Part shown: in pieces, positions 25,803 through 34,174 of the stretch
Position numbering within the stretch: position 1 is the first letter of the stretch
How the letters are laid out: each line of letters starts with the position of its first letter
Assembly: GCF_001194135.2 (NCBI RefSeq)
Contig: NC_068984.1
Location: forward strand, 56,382,813 to 56,426,811
DNA length: 43,999 bases
Direction: 5' to 3'
Source: Octopus bimaculoides
Taxonomy: Eukaryota
Program-made: the position numbers and the translations under genes
Notes under the pieces: generated by a model
What the model saw: only the letters and a program-made list of their open reading frames with translations
Database searches by the model: none
Told to the model about the DNA's origin: nothing

Positions 25803-27001
25803 CCCCCACCTTAGCGGAGGTATTGTTTTCAGTCGTGTTTGTTTGTCTGTGGACAAGATATCTCAAGAACCACTGGATGGATTCAGATGAAACTTNNNNN
25901 NNNNNATATCTCAAGAACCACTGGATGGATTCAGATGAAACTTTCAGGGATGTTTGGCCTCATGACTAGCACAAACTGATTAGATTTTTGGATTGATCCA
26001 GTACTGGACAAGTATTCAGGATTATTTGTTATATTTACTTTACATGATTACAATCTTACATTGACTTTCAAGTCTTTCTCAACTATCTCCCTTTAAGCTG
26101 TTTCCAAAGTTTTATTTTTGCTTCTCTGTTATCAATTTTACTCGCGTCTCTATCTTAGTAGAAGCTGATGGATAAAGAAATCAAACTGCATAAACAAACA
26201 GTAGCAAAACCATACAGAAATTAAATAACACTAACATATTTTTTTAATATATATATATATTATATATTATACATATATATTAACACTTTACAGTATACTT
26301 ACATATATACATACATCTATACATCAATTTAAAACAAGAGGAATACTAAAGGAAGGCCGGATTTTAAGAGAAGAGAAAACTAAAAGGTCTCATGCTATTC
26401 ATTTAAAAATTCCTGAGTAGAACTTATTATTACCTCTGCCTTTGAAACTATTTTGAATGGTGAATTTGTTAACTTTGGCTTGTATTAGATAAGGATAAAT
26501 TATTTATTGCTGTTGCTAAATTTTCTACAGCCACCTTCACATTCCATGACTACCATTGGGATCGATCAGGTACCAGACAAGGATTCTGAATTATTTTTCT
26601 GTTTTTTTACTTAATTTTTGAGAGCAGTCGGGTTCATTTTTAATATTCTCATTTGTGAAAGCAGTTGAGTTTATTTCAGATATTCCCATTTTAAAAATCA
26701 TCTCTGGCTAATCATTGAGAGGACGTTGGTATTGCCTTGGTGGAGGTTTGCGCTCTCTGAGTGCTATTAATACTATTATTATCAAGGTGGCAAGCTGACA
26801 GAGTCTTTAACACACTGGGGAAAATGCTTAGTGGCATTCTATCCATCTGTTCATTCTGAGTTCAAATTTTGCTGAGGTCAACTTTGCCTTTCATCCTTTA
26901 AAGGTCAATAAAATAAGTACCAGTTGAGCACTGGTGTCAATGTAATTGACTTCTCCCCTCCTCTGGAATTGCTGGCTTTGTGCCAAAATTTGAAACCATT
27001 A

Positions 27002-27042
<41 letters not shown>

Positions 27043-29401
27043 GATGAGAAATTAAGGCAGTAAGCTGGCAAAATTGTGAGCATACCAGGCAAAATGCTTA
27101 ATAGTATTTCGCCTGTCGCTATGTTCTGAGTTTAAATTCCGCCAAGGCTGACTTCACCTTTCATCCTTTCGGGGGTCAATAAATTAAGAACCAGGTAAAT
27201 ACTGAGGTCAATGTGATTAGTTTACCCACTCTTCCAAAATTTCAAGCTTTGTACCTACAGTAGAAAGATTATTGATGAGAAATGATCTTCAAATGTTGAG
27301 CCTCACAGAGAAGATGACAAAGGACCTAGACAGCTGGCAATATGCTGTGCTTGAGAAGACTCACTCAGAAAAGTAAAATCCATGTCATGATACCTCCCCC
27401 CCCCCACAACCCACACATGCTCACCACCACCGTTTCTCTCCTCCCCTCCATTCTCCCTCACATGTCCAACTACCTACCTGCACACAATATACCCCTGTTA
27501 AATGCTTTCCTCTTCACCTCTAGCTCCCATCTCCTTTCTAAATCTTGTGAACTCACTCACCTACCCACCCTCACAATCTCTGTTCATTCTGCTATATACA
27601 CCACTCTATAACTTGGGTGTTCAGCCCTTGCCCACTCTCTATCACATCTCCACCATCTGAAGAAGCCATGTCTCTCTTCTAATGCAAGACAACTTTCTGT
27701 CCCTCAATACTACTCCTACCTCGCTTGAAGGGGTCTTGTCTTGCAAGTTACCTGGTGACTTCACTGCTGCTGCTGCTGCTGGTGCCACTTGAAAAGCACC
27801 CAGTACACTCTGTAAATTGGTTGGCATTAGGATGGGCATCCAGTCATAGAAATCATGTCAAAACCGACAACCAAGCTTGATATAGTCTTCTGACTTGCCT
27901 GTTTCTGTCAAACCATTCAACTCAGCATGGAAAATGAACATGGCTGTGTGGTAAGTAGCTTGCTTACCAACCACATGGTTCCGGGTTCAGTCCCACTGCG
28001 TGGCACCTTGGGCAAGTGTCTTCTACTATAGCCTCGGGCCGACCAAAGCCTTGTGAGTGGATTTGGTAGATGGAAACTGGAAGAAGTCCGTCGTATATAT
28101 GTATATATATGTATGTGTTTGTGTGTCTGTGTTTGTCCCGCCCACCCAGTATCGCTTGACAACCGATGCTGGTGTGATCATGTCCCCGTAACTTAGCGGT
28201 TCGGCAAAAAGTGACCCGATAGAATAAGTACTAGGCTTACAAAGAATAAGTCCTGGGGTTGATTTGATTCGACTAAAGGCGGTGCTCCAGCATGGCCGCA
28301 GTCAAATGACTGAAACAAGTAAAAGAGTAAAAGAGATTAAATGATGATTATTATCATCACTGAGGTAGCAGTGATGGAATTACTAGACACTTGTCATCTA
28401 CTACAGATATATTTCTGTATTTTTTAACACTACACATCTAGATGAGATGTCTTCTTGAGATGGATGCCACAGTTCCCAGGTTTTCTACTATATATCTGCA
28501 TTAAGTATGATATACTGAATGCTGTTTTGAGCTAATAGTGTTTCTGTCGCTAATAACAAAGGTTTATTTTGTGTTTTGCTTTTCTGGAATGGAGTGAGCT
28601 AAAGATTCACCTATTTCAGCTATGCTCATTGTTCTCTTCTATAAAGATTAGCTATCTTCTGTGTTATTAAGATAAATCAATGCTATAGACATGTGGTCAG
28701 TAGTGAATATTTGATATGCTCAATGCTTAATGTATAATGTCCAAGTAATGAACTCAGTGTCATTTATTTATTTAGATTACAGAAGAACTTGACAAAGTGA
28801 AATCTGAAATGGAAGAAAGAGGAAACACTATGACTGATGGAGGTTAGTAAAATCAGAAAAATGATTATAGTTAAGTTAATATTAACATATCTAAAGTTGG
28901 GTGCATTGAAATGCCAGCATAGATAACTTCTATGTGATCATTCTACTTGCAAAAAATAGCTGATAAGCCTTCTTCATGGTACACTCTGTTTTCTTGAATG
29001 TGTCCTTACACATCATCCAATGTGTCCTTACACATTGGATGATGTAGTCTAGGATACACTAAACCTGAAAAAAGTAGGTATGCCTTTAATCAGAGCTCTA
29101 CTTCAATCAGCAGTGATTTGGTGGAGCTACACAACAAATTCTCTCTTTGATTTTTAGTTTTCCATCTTTGTTTTTATTTTTAGCTTTCTCTTTTAATTTA
29201 GTTTCTCTCATGCTCAATGTTTCTTTTTGTTTTAAAGCACCACTTGTTAAAATTAAGCAGACACTGCAACAGCTGAAGAAGGAATGTTCCCAGATGGATG
29301 TTCGCAGTGGAGTTGTAGAACACATTCTTTTACAAGCCAAACTGAAAGACAAGAATATTCAAAATAAACAAGCACACACTATAGAAATGCAGGAATATTA
29401 A
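11886..29401 (+). CDS. IFT57: Intraflagellar transport protein 57, complete, 412 aa; exons 11886-12043, 13490-13598, 15076-15129, 16408-16526, 17630-17726, 19846-19926, 22532-22654, 24831-25097, 28776-28842, 29238-29401
   Basis: The joined CDS is 1239 nt and open throughout, with all introns GT-AG and in phase. It contains the IFT57 hallmark stretches MEELLEKLRLLNYE, RHYFALPTNPGEQFYMF, DDPNATIS, PSKLKQGCGEHC, EWLLEVQRVTPQLKVLIRTDNKDWRLHVDQMHQH and MTDGAPLVKIKQ. Confidence 0.97.
12990..13138 (-). mobile_element. HERO-like non-LTR retrotransposon C-terminal fragment
   Basis: The minus strand reads GCRGFIGHSVRRLL*PLGLTHHKANTIMRDIQTTVEKASHWIWLRRDD. The GCRGF...EKASxWxWLxR ending is what I recall for HERO-clade RLE elements. 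Confidence 0.7.
13200..13290 (+). mobile_element. Degenerate R4/Dong-like RLE domain fragment
   Basis: IKNAEKLSKYKNLE resembles KEMEKLSKYKDLE in the copy at 25.6 kb. Confidence 0.5.
13490..13598 (+). CDS. IFT57: IFT57 coding exon 2
   Basis: tttag|A CAT TAC...CAA GAG|gtattt; encodes HYFALPTNPGEQFYMF... Confidence 0.95.
15076..15129 (+). CDS. IFT57: IFT57 coding exon 3
   Basis: ttgtag|KDDPNATISSILEVVRDF|gtaagc. Confidence 0.93.
15900..16130 (+). mobile_element. Probable Penelope-like 3' remnant with a decayed hammerhead
   Basis: IMKSVYIRNCIGP (15913-15951) weakly resembles the end of a GIY-YIG domain. It is followed by TTC-TTGAAAA-CGGGGTCATAACCCCC-GAAA-TATT-GAA (16061-16097). Confidence 0.4.
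16198..16280. repeat. (TA)n then (TATG)n microsatellite
   Basis: Read directly. Other microsatellites include (TA)n near 7736, 39786 and 41933, (CT)n near 15570 and (ATT)n near 25311, 25741 and 27001. Confidence 0.95.
16408..16526 (+). CDS. IFT57: IFT57 coding exon 4
   Basis: tttag|GYTLNFAPSKLKQGCGEHCIYVLNRLADEALKRQNFKWA AA|gtaagt. Confidence 0.95.
17630..17726 (+). CDS. IFT57: IFT57 coding exon 5
   Basis: tttag|A PVYPEEEEDEE...MEEDGIV|gtaagt. Confidence 0.92.
18390..19280 (+). mobile_element. RTE-clade LINE 3' portion with 3' UTR and (ATG)n tail
   Basis: YGSES*AVTTEDMQRLERNEASML...LRKKLGIWSIRCSMQ.RLQWYSNVMRMDEDSCIKKCQSLIVEG...KDLQML...VLEKIRQAK*. The UTR contains 25-bp tandem units (about 18984-19075) and ends ggacattaaatgatgat. 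Confidence 0.8.
19606..19801 (-). mobile_element. Truncated copy of the piggyBac-like MITE
   Basis: Reverse complement of the element at 42163-42382; it begins ttga-CCCTTTAGCATTCAG. Confidence 0.7.
19846..19926 (+). CDS. IFT57: IFT57 coding exon 6
   Basis: ttgtag|DEADAGDDFDEEPLMRLDNLQSLKESK|gtaaaa; an acidic linker, in phase with both neighbours. Confidence 0.88.
20665..21157. mobile_element. Fold-back MITE with long (over 100 bp) imperfect TIRs and AATT flanks
   Basis: Left end CTGGTTTAAGCATCCCATATAAC, right end TTATATGGAGTGCTTAAACCAG, with AATT on both sides. An AWWT 4-bp duplication is compatible with Sola1; the superfamily is tentative. Confidence 0.8.
21625..22400 (+). mobile_element. 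Degenerate CR1-group LINE RT and C-terminal fragments
   Basis: FGIPKGSVLGSILFVAYINK, KYVDDTEVY, KLAVDKCT, and later YSGLYSADLDDLVPPPFR...FPRIAPL. Confidence 0.7.
22532..22654 (+). CDS. IFT57: IFT57 coding exon 7
   Basis: ttccag|LKEGSSKPDNILESQTNLDEWLLEVQRVTPQLKVLIRTDNK|gtaaat. Confidence 0.95.
24129..24450. mobile_element. hAT (Charlie-type) MITE, 322 bp
   Basis: TIRs CAGTGGCTCTCAAC / GTTGAGAACCACTG, with a perfect 8-bp TSD GTCTAAAC at 24121-24128 and 24451-24458. Confidence 0.92.
24831..25097 (+). CDS. IFT57: IFT57 coding exon 8
   Basis: ttgcag|DWRLHVDQMHQH...RSRILAE|gtaagt. Confidence 0.96.
25338..25743 (-). mobile_element. 5'-truncated R4/Dong-like non-LTR retrotransposon (RLE domain plus 3' UTR) embedded in (TAA)n
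   Basis: IVVKDHEEKKCFLIDVSIPADDNISLKEMEKLSKYKDL...PIIVGALG...QKIALLGTAHILRKTLSIQ* is a PD-(D/E)xK restriction-like endonuclease end. (ATT)n lies on both sides. Confidence 0.88.
25798..26765 (+). mobile_element. Helentron-type non-autonomous element (HINE), composite
   Basis: 5' end ttattacccccaccttagcggagg...gtttgtttgtctgt; 3' end ccttggtggagg (subTIR) plus the terminal hairpin GCGCTC-TCT-GAGTGC. Spans a 10-N gap. Confidence 0.65.
27053..27267 (+). mobile_element. SINE family B copy with a 16-bp TSD
   Basis: ATTATTGATGAGAAAT at 27037-27052 and 27268-27283; part of the match overlaps the ATT tail. Confidence 0.8.
27280..27940 (+). mobile_element. RTE-clade LINE 3' end plus UTR
   Basis: NDLQMLSLTEKMTKDLDSWQYAVLEKTHSEK*, then a UTR homologous to 650-1350. 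The tail resumes after the nested SINE at 28336. Confidence 0.75.
27941..28335 (+). mobile_element. SINE family A copy nested in the RTE tail
   Basis: Near-identical to 11400-11811. It splits the host ...gaaca|ttaaatgatgat tail. Confidence 0.85.
28776..28842 (+). CDS. IFT57: IFT57 coding exon 9
   Basis: tttag|ITEELDKVKSEMEERGNTMTDG G|gttagt. Confidence 0.95.
29238..29401 (+). CDS. IFT57: IFT57 last coding exon
   Basis: tttaaag|CA PLVKIKQTLQQLKKECSQMDVRSGVVEHILLQAKLK...QEY*. Confidence 0.95.
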
Positions 29402-30009
29402 ATTATGCATAAGTTTTCATATCTACTTTTTCATTAAATAATTTTCAATTATAATTCATGTAAGCATGCATGTGCATTATGTATAAATGTGTGAGTGTCT
29501 GTGTGTTGATAATAATAGAAAAAGAATACATTCTTTGTATATAAATATATATATATGTATATTATGAAATAAATATATATACAACTATGTTTTGCCAAAT
29601 TATTCTGTCCTATATCTTGCTCTCTAAAACCATGCTGTTTTGATTTCTGTGAACTTTTTAAATCGGCCAATTGAATAATTTCTTTCAGTCATCATGGTAG
29701 TATGATTGCTCTTACAGCATCCTCCACAGTGAAATAGTAGTTTGACTGTGAAAATTAAAACTGAAGTTTTGTCCTTACTTCACACAGGTGGAAGAGTAAT
29801 AAACTCTATAGATCAATAAAAGTTGTTGAAAAACACTCAACATCTCTTTGTCTCTGGAAGAAACCATGATACAGCTTCTTCAACAATACAACCAAATTCT
29901 GCTGTGTCTATTATTTGGATCAAGGATTAACTGTGTGTACTTTGTTTTGCCGCAGTTGAAAATATTGGCTGAAGTTGGAAAATATTGGCTGAACAGCAAG
30001 GTTAGATAT

Positions 30010-30270
30010 GTGGTTGTCCGATTTCCTGAAAGACAAGTCAAATGTTGATAATTGATGAAGGTCCTTATCTACAAATATGGTAGTAAGTAGAGGAGCTTTC
30101 TGGGATCTTGTTTTGTTCCTCATAATGTTGCGAAGCATAGGCAAAAATATACAACTGGCCACAATCAGCAATTATTCAGGTGACATTAAAGTCATGCTAG
30201 AGGTCAAAACAGACAATATTTGTGCACTCCATGACCTAGGCGCCATATACAAGCAAACGACCACAGCATG
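30010..30270 (+). mobile_element. Degenerate CR1-group RT fragment
   Basis: VVSRGAFWDLVLFLIMLRSIGKNIQLATISNYSGDIKV...LHDLGAIY is a decayed form of the GVPQGSVLGP-LF...YADD...DL pattern. Confidence 0.55.
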
Positions 30271-30938
30271 TCACTCATTACCACAAACTTCTTGCCCTTC
30301 ATTTCAGTAAAATGGTTCCCAACAAAATGTTCAAACTTGACTCAAACGGAAATAATTAGAACTTTGCAGCTCATTGTTGACCTTGGCATAGCTATATCTG
30401 CAGAAGCATATTTCTCTGCTGCACATATTCACACACTGTCAACTTGACAGGTTGAGAATCTGTGACCAGTTGACATTTTCTGAAGTGTTCTCTTTCTCAT
30501 TGATATCGAATGACATGTTCAGCTGGACAACTGATCTCTACAACATCGCATGATTATTATTTTTTTTACATCCAAGATAACTTTAACATATAATAGCTGT
30601 GAATGGTTTGAATTAAGAAACTATTATTCAACATCAGTGCTTTTTTTTTTTACAATGATCCATGGACAATTTTCATTCTGATGACTCTTTATTGCTTTAA
30701 TAAGTACACATACAGCATAGGATGGTAATAACCCAATGATATTATCTTTTACTTTTCACTTGTTTTACTCATTAGACTGCAACCATGCTGGGGCACTGCC
30801 TTGAAGAATTTTAGCTGAGGAAGTACTTATTTTTCTTAAATGCCTGATACTTATTCTTGCGGTTTCTTTTGCCAAATGGGGACATAAATGCACCAACACC
30901 GGTTGTCAGGCAGTGGTGGGGGACAAACACAGACACAT

Positions 30939-30977
<39 letters not shown>

Positions 30978-31704
30978 CACATACACACACACATAAGCTT
31001 CCTCCAGTTTCCATCTACCAAATCCACTTACAAGGTATTGGTCAGCCTGAGACTATAGTAGAAGGCACTAGCCCAAGGTGCCACACAGAGGGACTTAACC
31101 TGGAACCATGTGGTTGAGAAGCAACTACAAGGTTCTTACCATACAGTCATGCCTGTGCCTGGGGACAAATGTTTTGCTTTACATATTCCAGTTCTTTGTG
31201 TTCTGAGGTCAACTTCTGAGATTGATCAACGAAGACCCTATCAAGGGTATCAGAATTGTGAGAACATAAGATGAGATGTCTTGTAATATTTGTTCTGGCT
31301 CTCTGCAGTCTGAATTCAAATCCTGTCATAGCCTACCTGGGTTGTAGGCTTAATTCACCGTTCAGTCCAACACCACCACCTCATCCTTGGATGCCTTTAA
31401 CAGAGTTTAATCTATTGTAAGTACTCAGACCAGACCAGGTTTCTGGTTTGAGGATGTCTTCTTCCTTCCTCCCATCCTGAAAAAAGGATCATCAGCTCTG
31501 CTATTTTCTCCTGATGAAATCTTTTATCTTGTTTCAATCATTGACCTGTGACCTTGCTGGAGCACCACCTTATTAACTCTAGTACTTATTTTTTTAAAGT
31601 CTGGTATTTATTCTATTGCTTTTCATTTTGTCAAACCGCTATGTTACAATGGATGTAAACAAGCCTACGCTTGTTCTCGAGTTACTAAAAGACAATATTG
31701 TAAC

Positions 31705-31985
31705 AATGTGGGCAATAAAGAGGGTATCTGTTGTCCCAGTAGTTGTAGGGGCACTGGGAGCACTAACAACCAAGTCTGAGAAATTGGAATTGACATGTGG
31801 GTAGGATATGCTCAAAAAGCTGCTCTACTGGGGACAGCAAGGATTTTGAGATTGGTACTTGGGTATTAAGTATCATGGAAAGAGATCCTGTGAGACCTTT
31901 GACAACAGGTTGCTGTCTGCTCTCATAGAATTAACAAGAACAAGTAAAATCAAAAGAAATAGAATACAATAATAATATTGATAAT
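31705..31985 (+). mobile_element. R4/Dong-like RLE C-terminus plus 3' UTR and AAT tail
   Basis: MWAIKRVSVVPVVVGALGALTT..., then after a frameshift QKAALLGTARILRLVLGY*, ending in aataataat. Confidence 0.75.
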
Positions 31986-32210
31986 AATGATTTCAAATTT
32001 TGGTACAAAGCCAGCAATTTTGCGGGAGGGGCAAATCACTGATATCAATTCCAGTGTTCAACTGCTACTTATTTTATCGACCTCGAAAGGATGAAAAGCA
32101 AAGTCATGCTCGGCGAAATTTGAACTCAGAACATGCTTAGCAGCATTTTTCCTGGCATGCTAAAGATTTTGTCAGCTCACCATCTTAATAATAAAAATAA
32201 TGATAACAAG

Positions 32211-32490
32211 AGCACTCAGAGAGCACAAACCTCCACCAAGGCAACACCAACGTCCTCTCAACGATTAGCCAGAGATGATTTTTAAAATGAGAATATCTGA
32301 AATAAACTCAACTGCTCTCACAAATGAAAATACTAAAAATGAACCCAACCACTCTCAAAAATTAAGCAAAACAATCGGAAAAATAATCCAGAATCCTTGT
32401 CCAGTACTGGATCAATCCCAAAAGCTAATCAGTTTGTGCCAGTCATGAGGCCAAACATTTCTGAAAGTTACATCCGAATCCATCCAATGG
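32211..32490 (-). mobile_element. Second HINE copy (5'-truncated)
   Basis: Reverse complement of segments 25910-26030 and 26560-26765, including agcactcagagagcacaaacctccaccaagg. Confidence 0.7.
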
Positions 32491-32556
32491 GAGGGGGAGT
32501 GGTGGTGGCATTTTTCAAGGAGAGGTGTGAAACTGCATTAGCCCCAAAGAATTATA

Positions 32557-33366
32557 GGCAGATGTCTGGAATAGGTCGCCCTCTTAAGTTAGAATTTCTC
32601 AATTTTGACGGGGATTTTTCAGATTATTTTTTTCATGATGCCCTTGGAAATGATCTGAAGCATCTTTTTTTTAAAAAAAACTTTTCAAATTTTCTTTACA
32701 CCCCATCCCCATCTTTCTCTCTCTGGACAAATTTTGGTTGATTTTGTGGGAACTACACACAATGATTTCTTCGGACACTATGAATTTAAAAACTATAGGA
32801 GATGCATTATCAGCAAAACAAGAAAGTAAATATTTTCAGACAAAAAGGTGTGTGATTTAAGGAAGATCTGGCTATTGTTTCTAGCATATCTCATGACCAG
32901 TAAGGTTTAGAGTTGATAATAAATCATAAATTTTGAAAAACATTGCTATAAATGGGGAGAAAATATTGAAAAACATCAATACTTGTCAGAGTGAGAAAGA
33001 AACAAAGAAGGTGATCATGGGAATGCTAGAAACAATAACCAAATCTCCCTTTAATCACACCTTTTCGTCAGAAAATATTTACTTTTTTCTTTTCCTACCA
33101 AAAAGGTTTCTCCTATGGTTTTTTAAGTGCGTAGTGCCCCACCAAATAATCATGTATAATGCCCACTAAATCGCCCAAAATCAGTTTGGAGAGATCGGGG
33201 GGTTGGGGGATGGGTAAAGGAGACCATTTTTCGAAATTTATTTATTTTTGTTAAAAAGATGCTCCAGATTATTTCCAAGGACACTGTGAAAAAAAAAAGT
33301 CTGAAAAATCCCAGTCAAAATGGAGAAATTCCAATTTATGTAGGTAACCTATTCCAGACGTCCGCC
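32557..33366. mobile_element. Long-TIR MITE, about 810 bp
   Basis: Left end ggcagatgtctggaataggt...tttgacggggatttttcaga is the reverse complement of right end tctgaaaaatcccagtcaaaa...acctattccagacgtccgcc over roughly 200 bp. The TSD is not resolved. Confidence 0.75.
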
Positions 33367-33786
33367 GAATAACATTTATGCAGAAAAACTGCACTTCTGA
33401 TTGATTCGAGGCTCTGATGAAGCTATAAGGTATTACTCAAGCACACAACTATGAGTTCGCTGCATCTTATAGCAGAAACAACAGCAAACTAATGAAGCAT
33501 TATCGGAATTGCCTTTAAGTATGGATGGATAAATAGAAGCACTATATGAGTACGTGCGTATTTTATTGTTAATTCTTAAATCAACCCTTATCAAACAGAC
33601 CTATGATCATAGGCATACTAACCTTAACTCAACTTTTTTTTTTCTCTAGGACTTCATTTTTCGGTATATTGATAATAGTCCGTGTTGAGAAATATTTAGC
33701 TGCTATTTCTAACAATTCGAACAACGTAGTAGTTCCGAAGTTGTCTCGTGTGTATATGTTGTTTTGTATAAACCACGTCCACATGT

Positions 33787-34174
33787 TTGTTGTTGTTGGC
33801 ACTCCGTCACTTACGACGTCCAGTGCTCCAGTTGATCCGATTAACGGAACAGCCTGCTCGTGAAATTAACGTGCAAGTGGCTGAGCACTCCACAGACACG
33901 TGTACCCTTAACGTAGTTCTCGGGGATATTCAGCGTGACACAGTATGACAAGACTGGCCCTTTGTATTACAGGCACAACAGAAACAGGAAGTAAGAGTGA
34001 GAGAAAGTTGTGGTGAAAGAGTACAGCAGAGTTCACTACCATCCCCTTCCGGAGCCTCGTGGAGCTTTAGGTGTTTTCGCTCAATAAACACGCACAACGC
34101 CCGGTCTGGGAATCGAAACCGCGATCCTATCACCGCAAGTCCGCTGCCCTAACCACTGGGCCATTGCGCCTCCA
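33787..34174 (-). mobile_element. Full-length tRNA-headed SINE, family C, with (CAA)n tail and 13-bp TSD
   Basis: Head GGAGGCGCAATGGCCCAGTGGTTAGGGC...GGTTTCGATTCCC (A/B boxes). TSD CACGTCCACATGT at 33774-33786 and 34175-34187. Confidence 0.92.

Noticed and set aside
25435-25914. 159-aa ORF with a poly-Ile run
   Set aside because: It is a chimera of HINE sequence, the (ATA)n microsatellite and the truncated Dong-like fragment, and it crosses an N gap.
25858-25943. 38-bp direct repeat
   Set aside because: The two copies sit on either side of a 10-N gap, typical of unmerged overlapping contig ends.
34095-34174. tRNA gene (also the heads at 11400 and 27053)
   Set aside because: The A/B boxes are present, but the sequence continues into a SINE body with a tail and TSD and has no clean acceptor stem. 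These are SINE heads.
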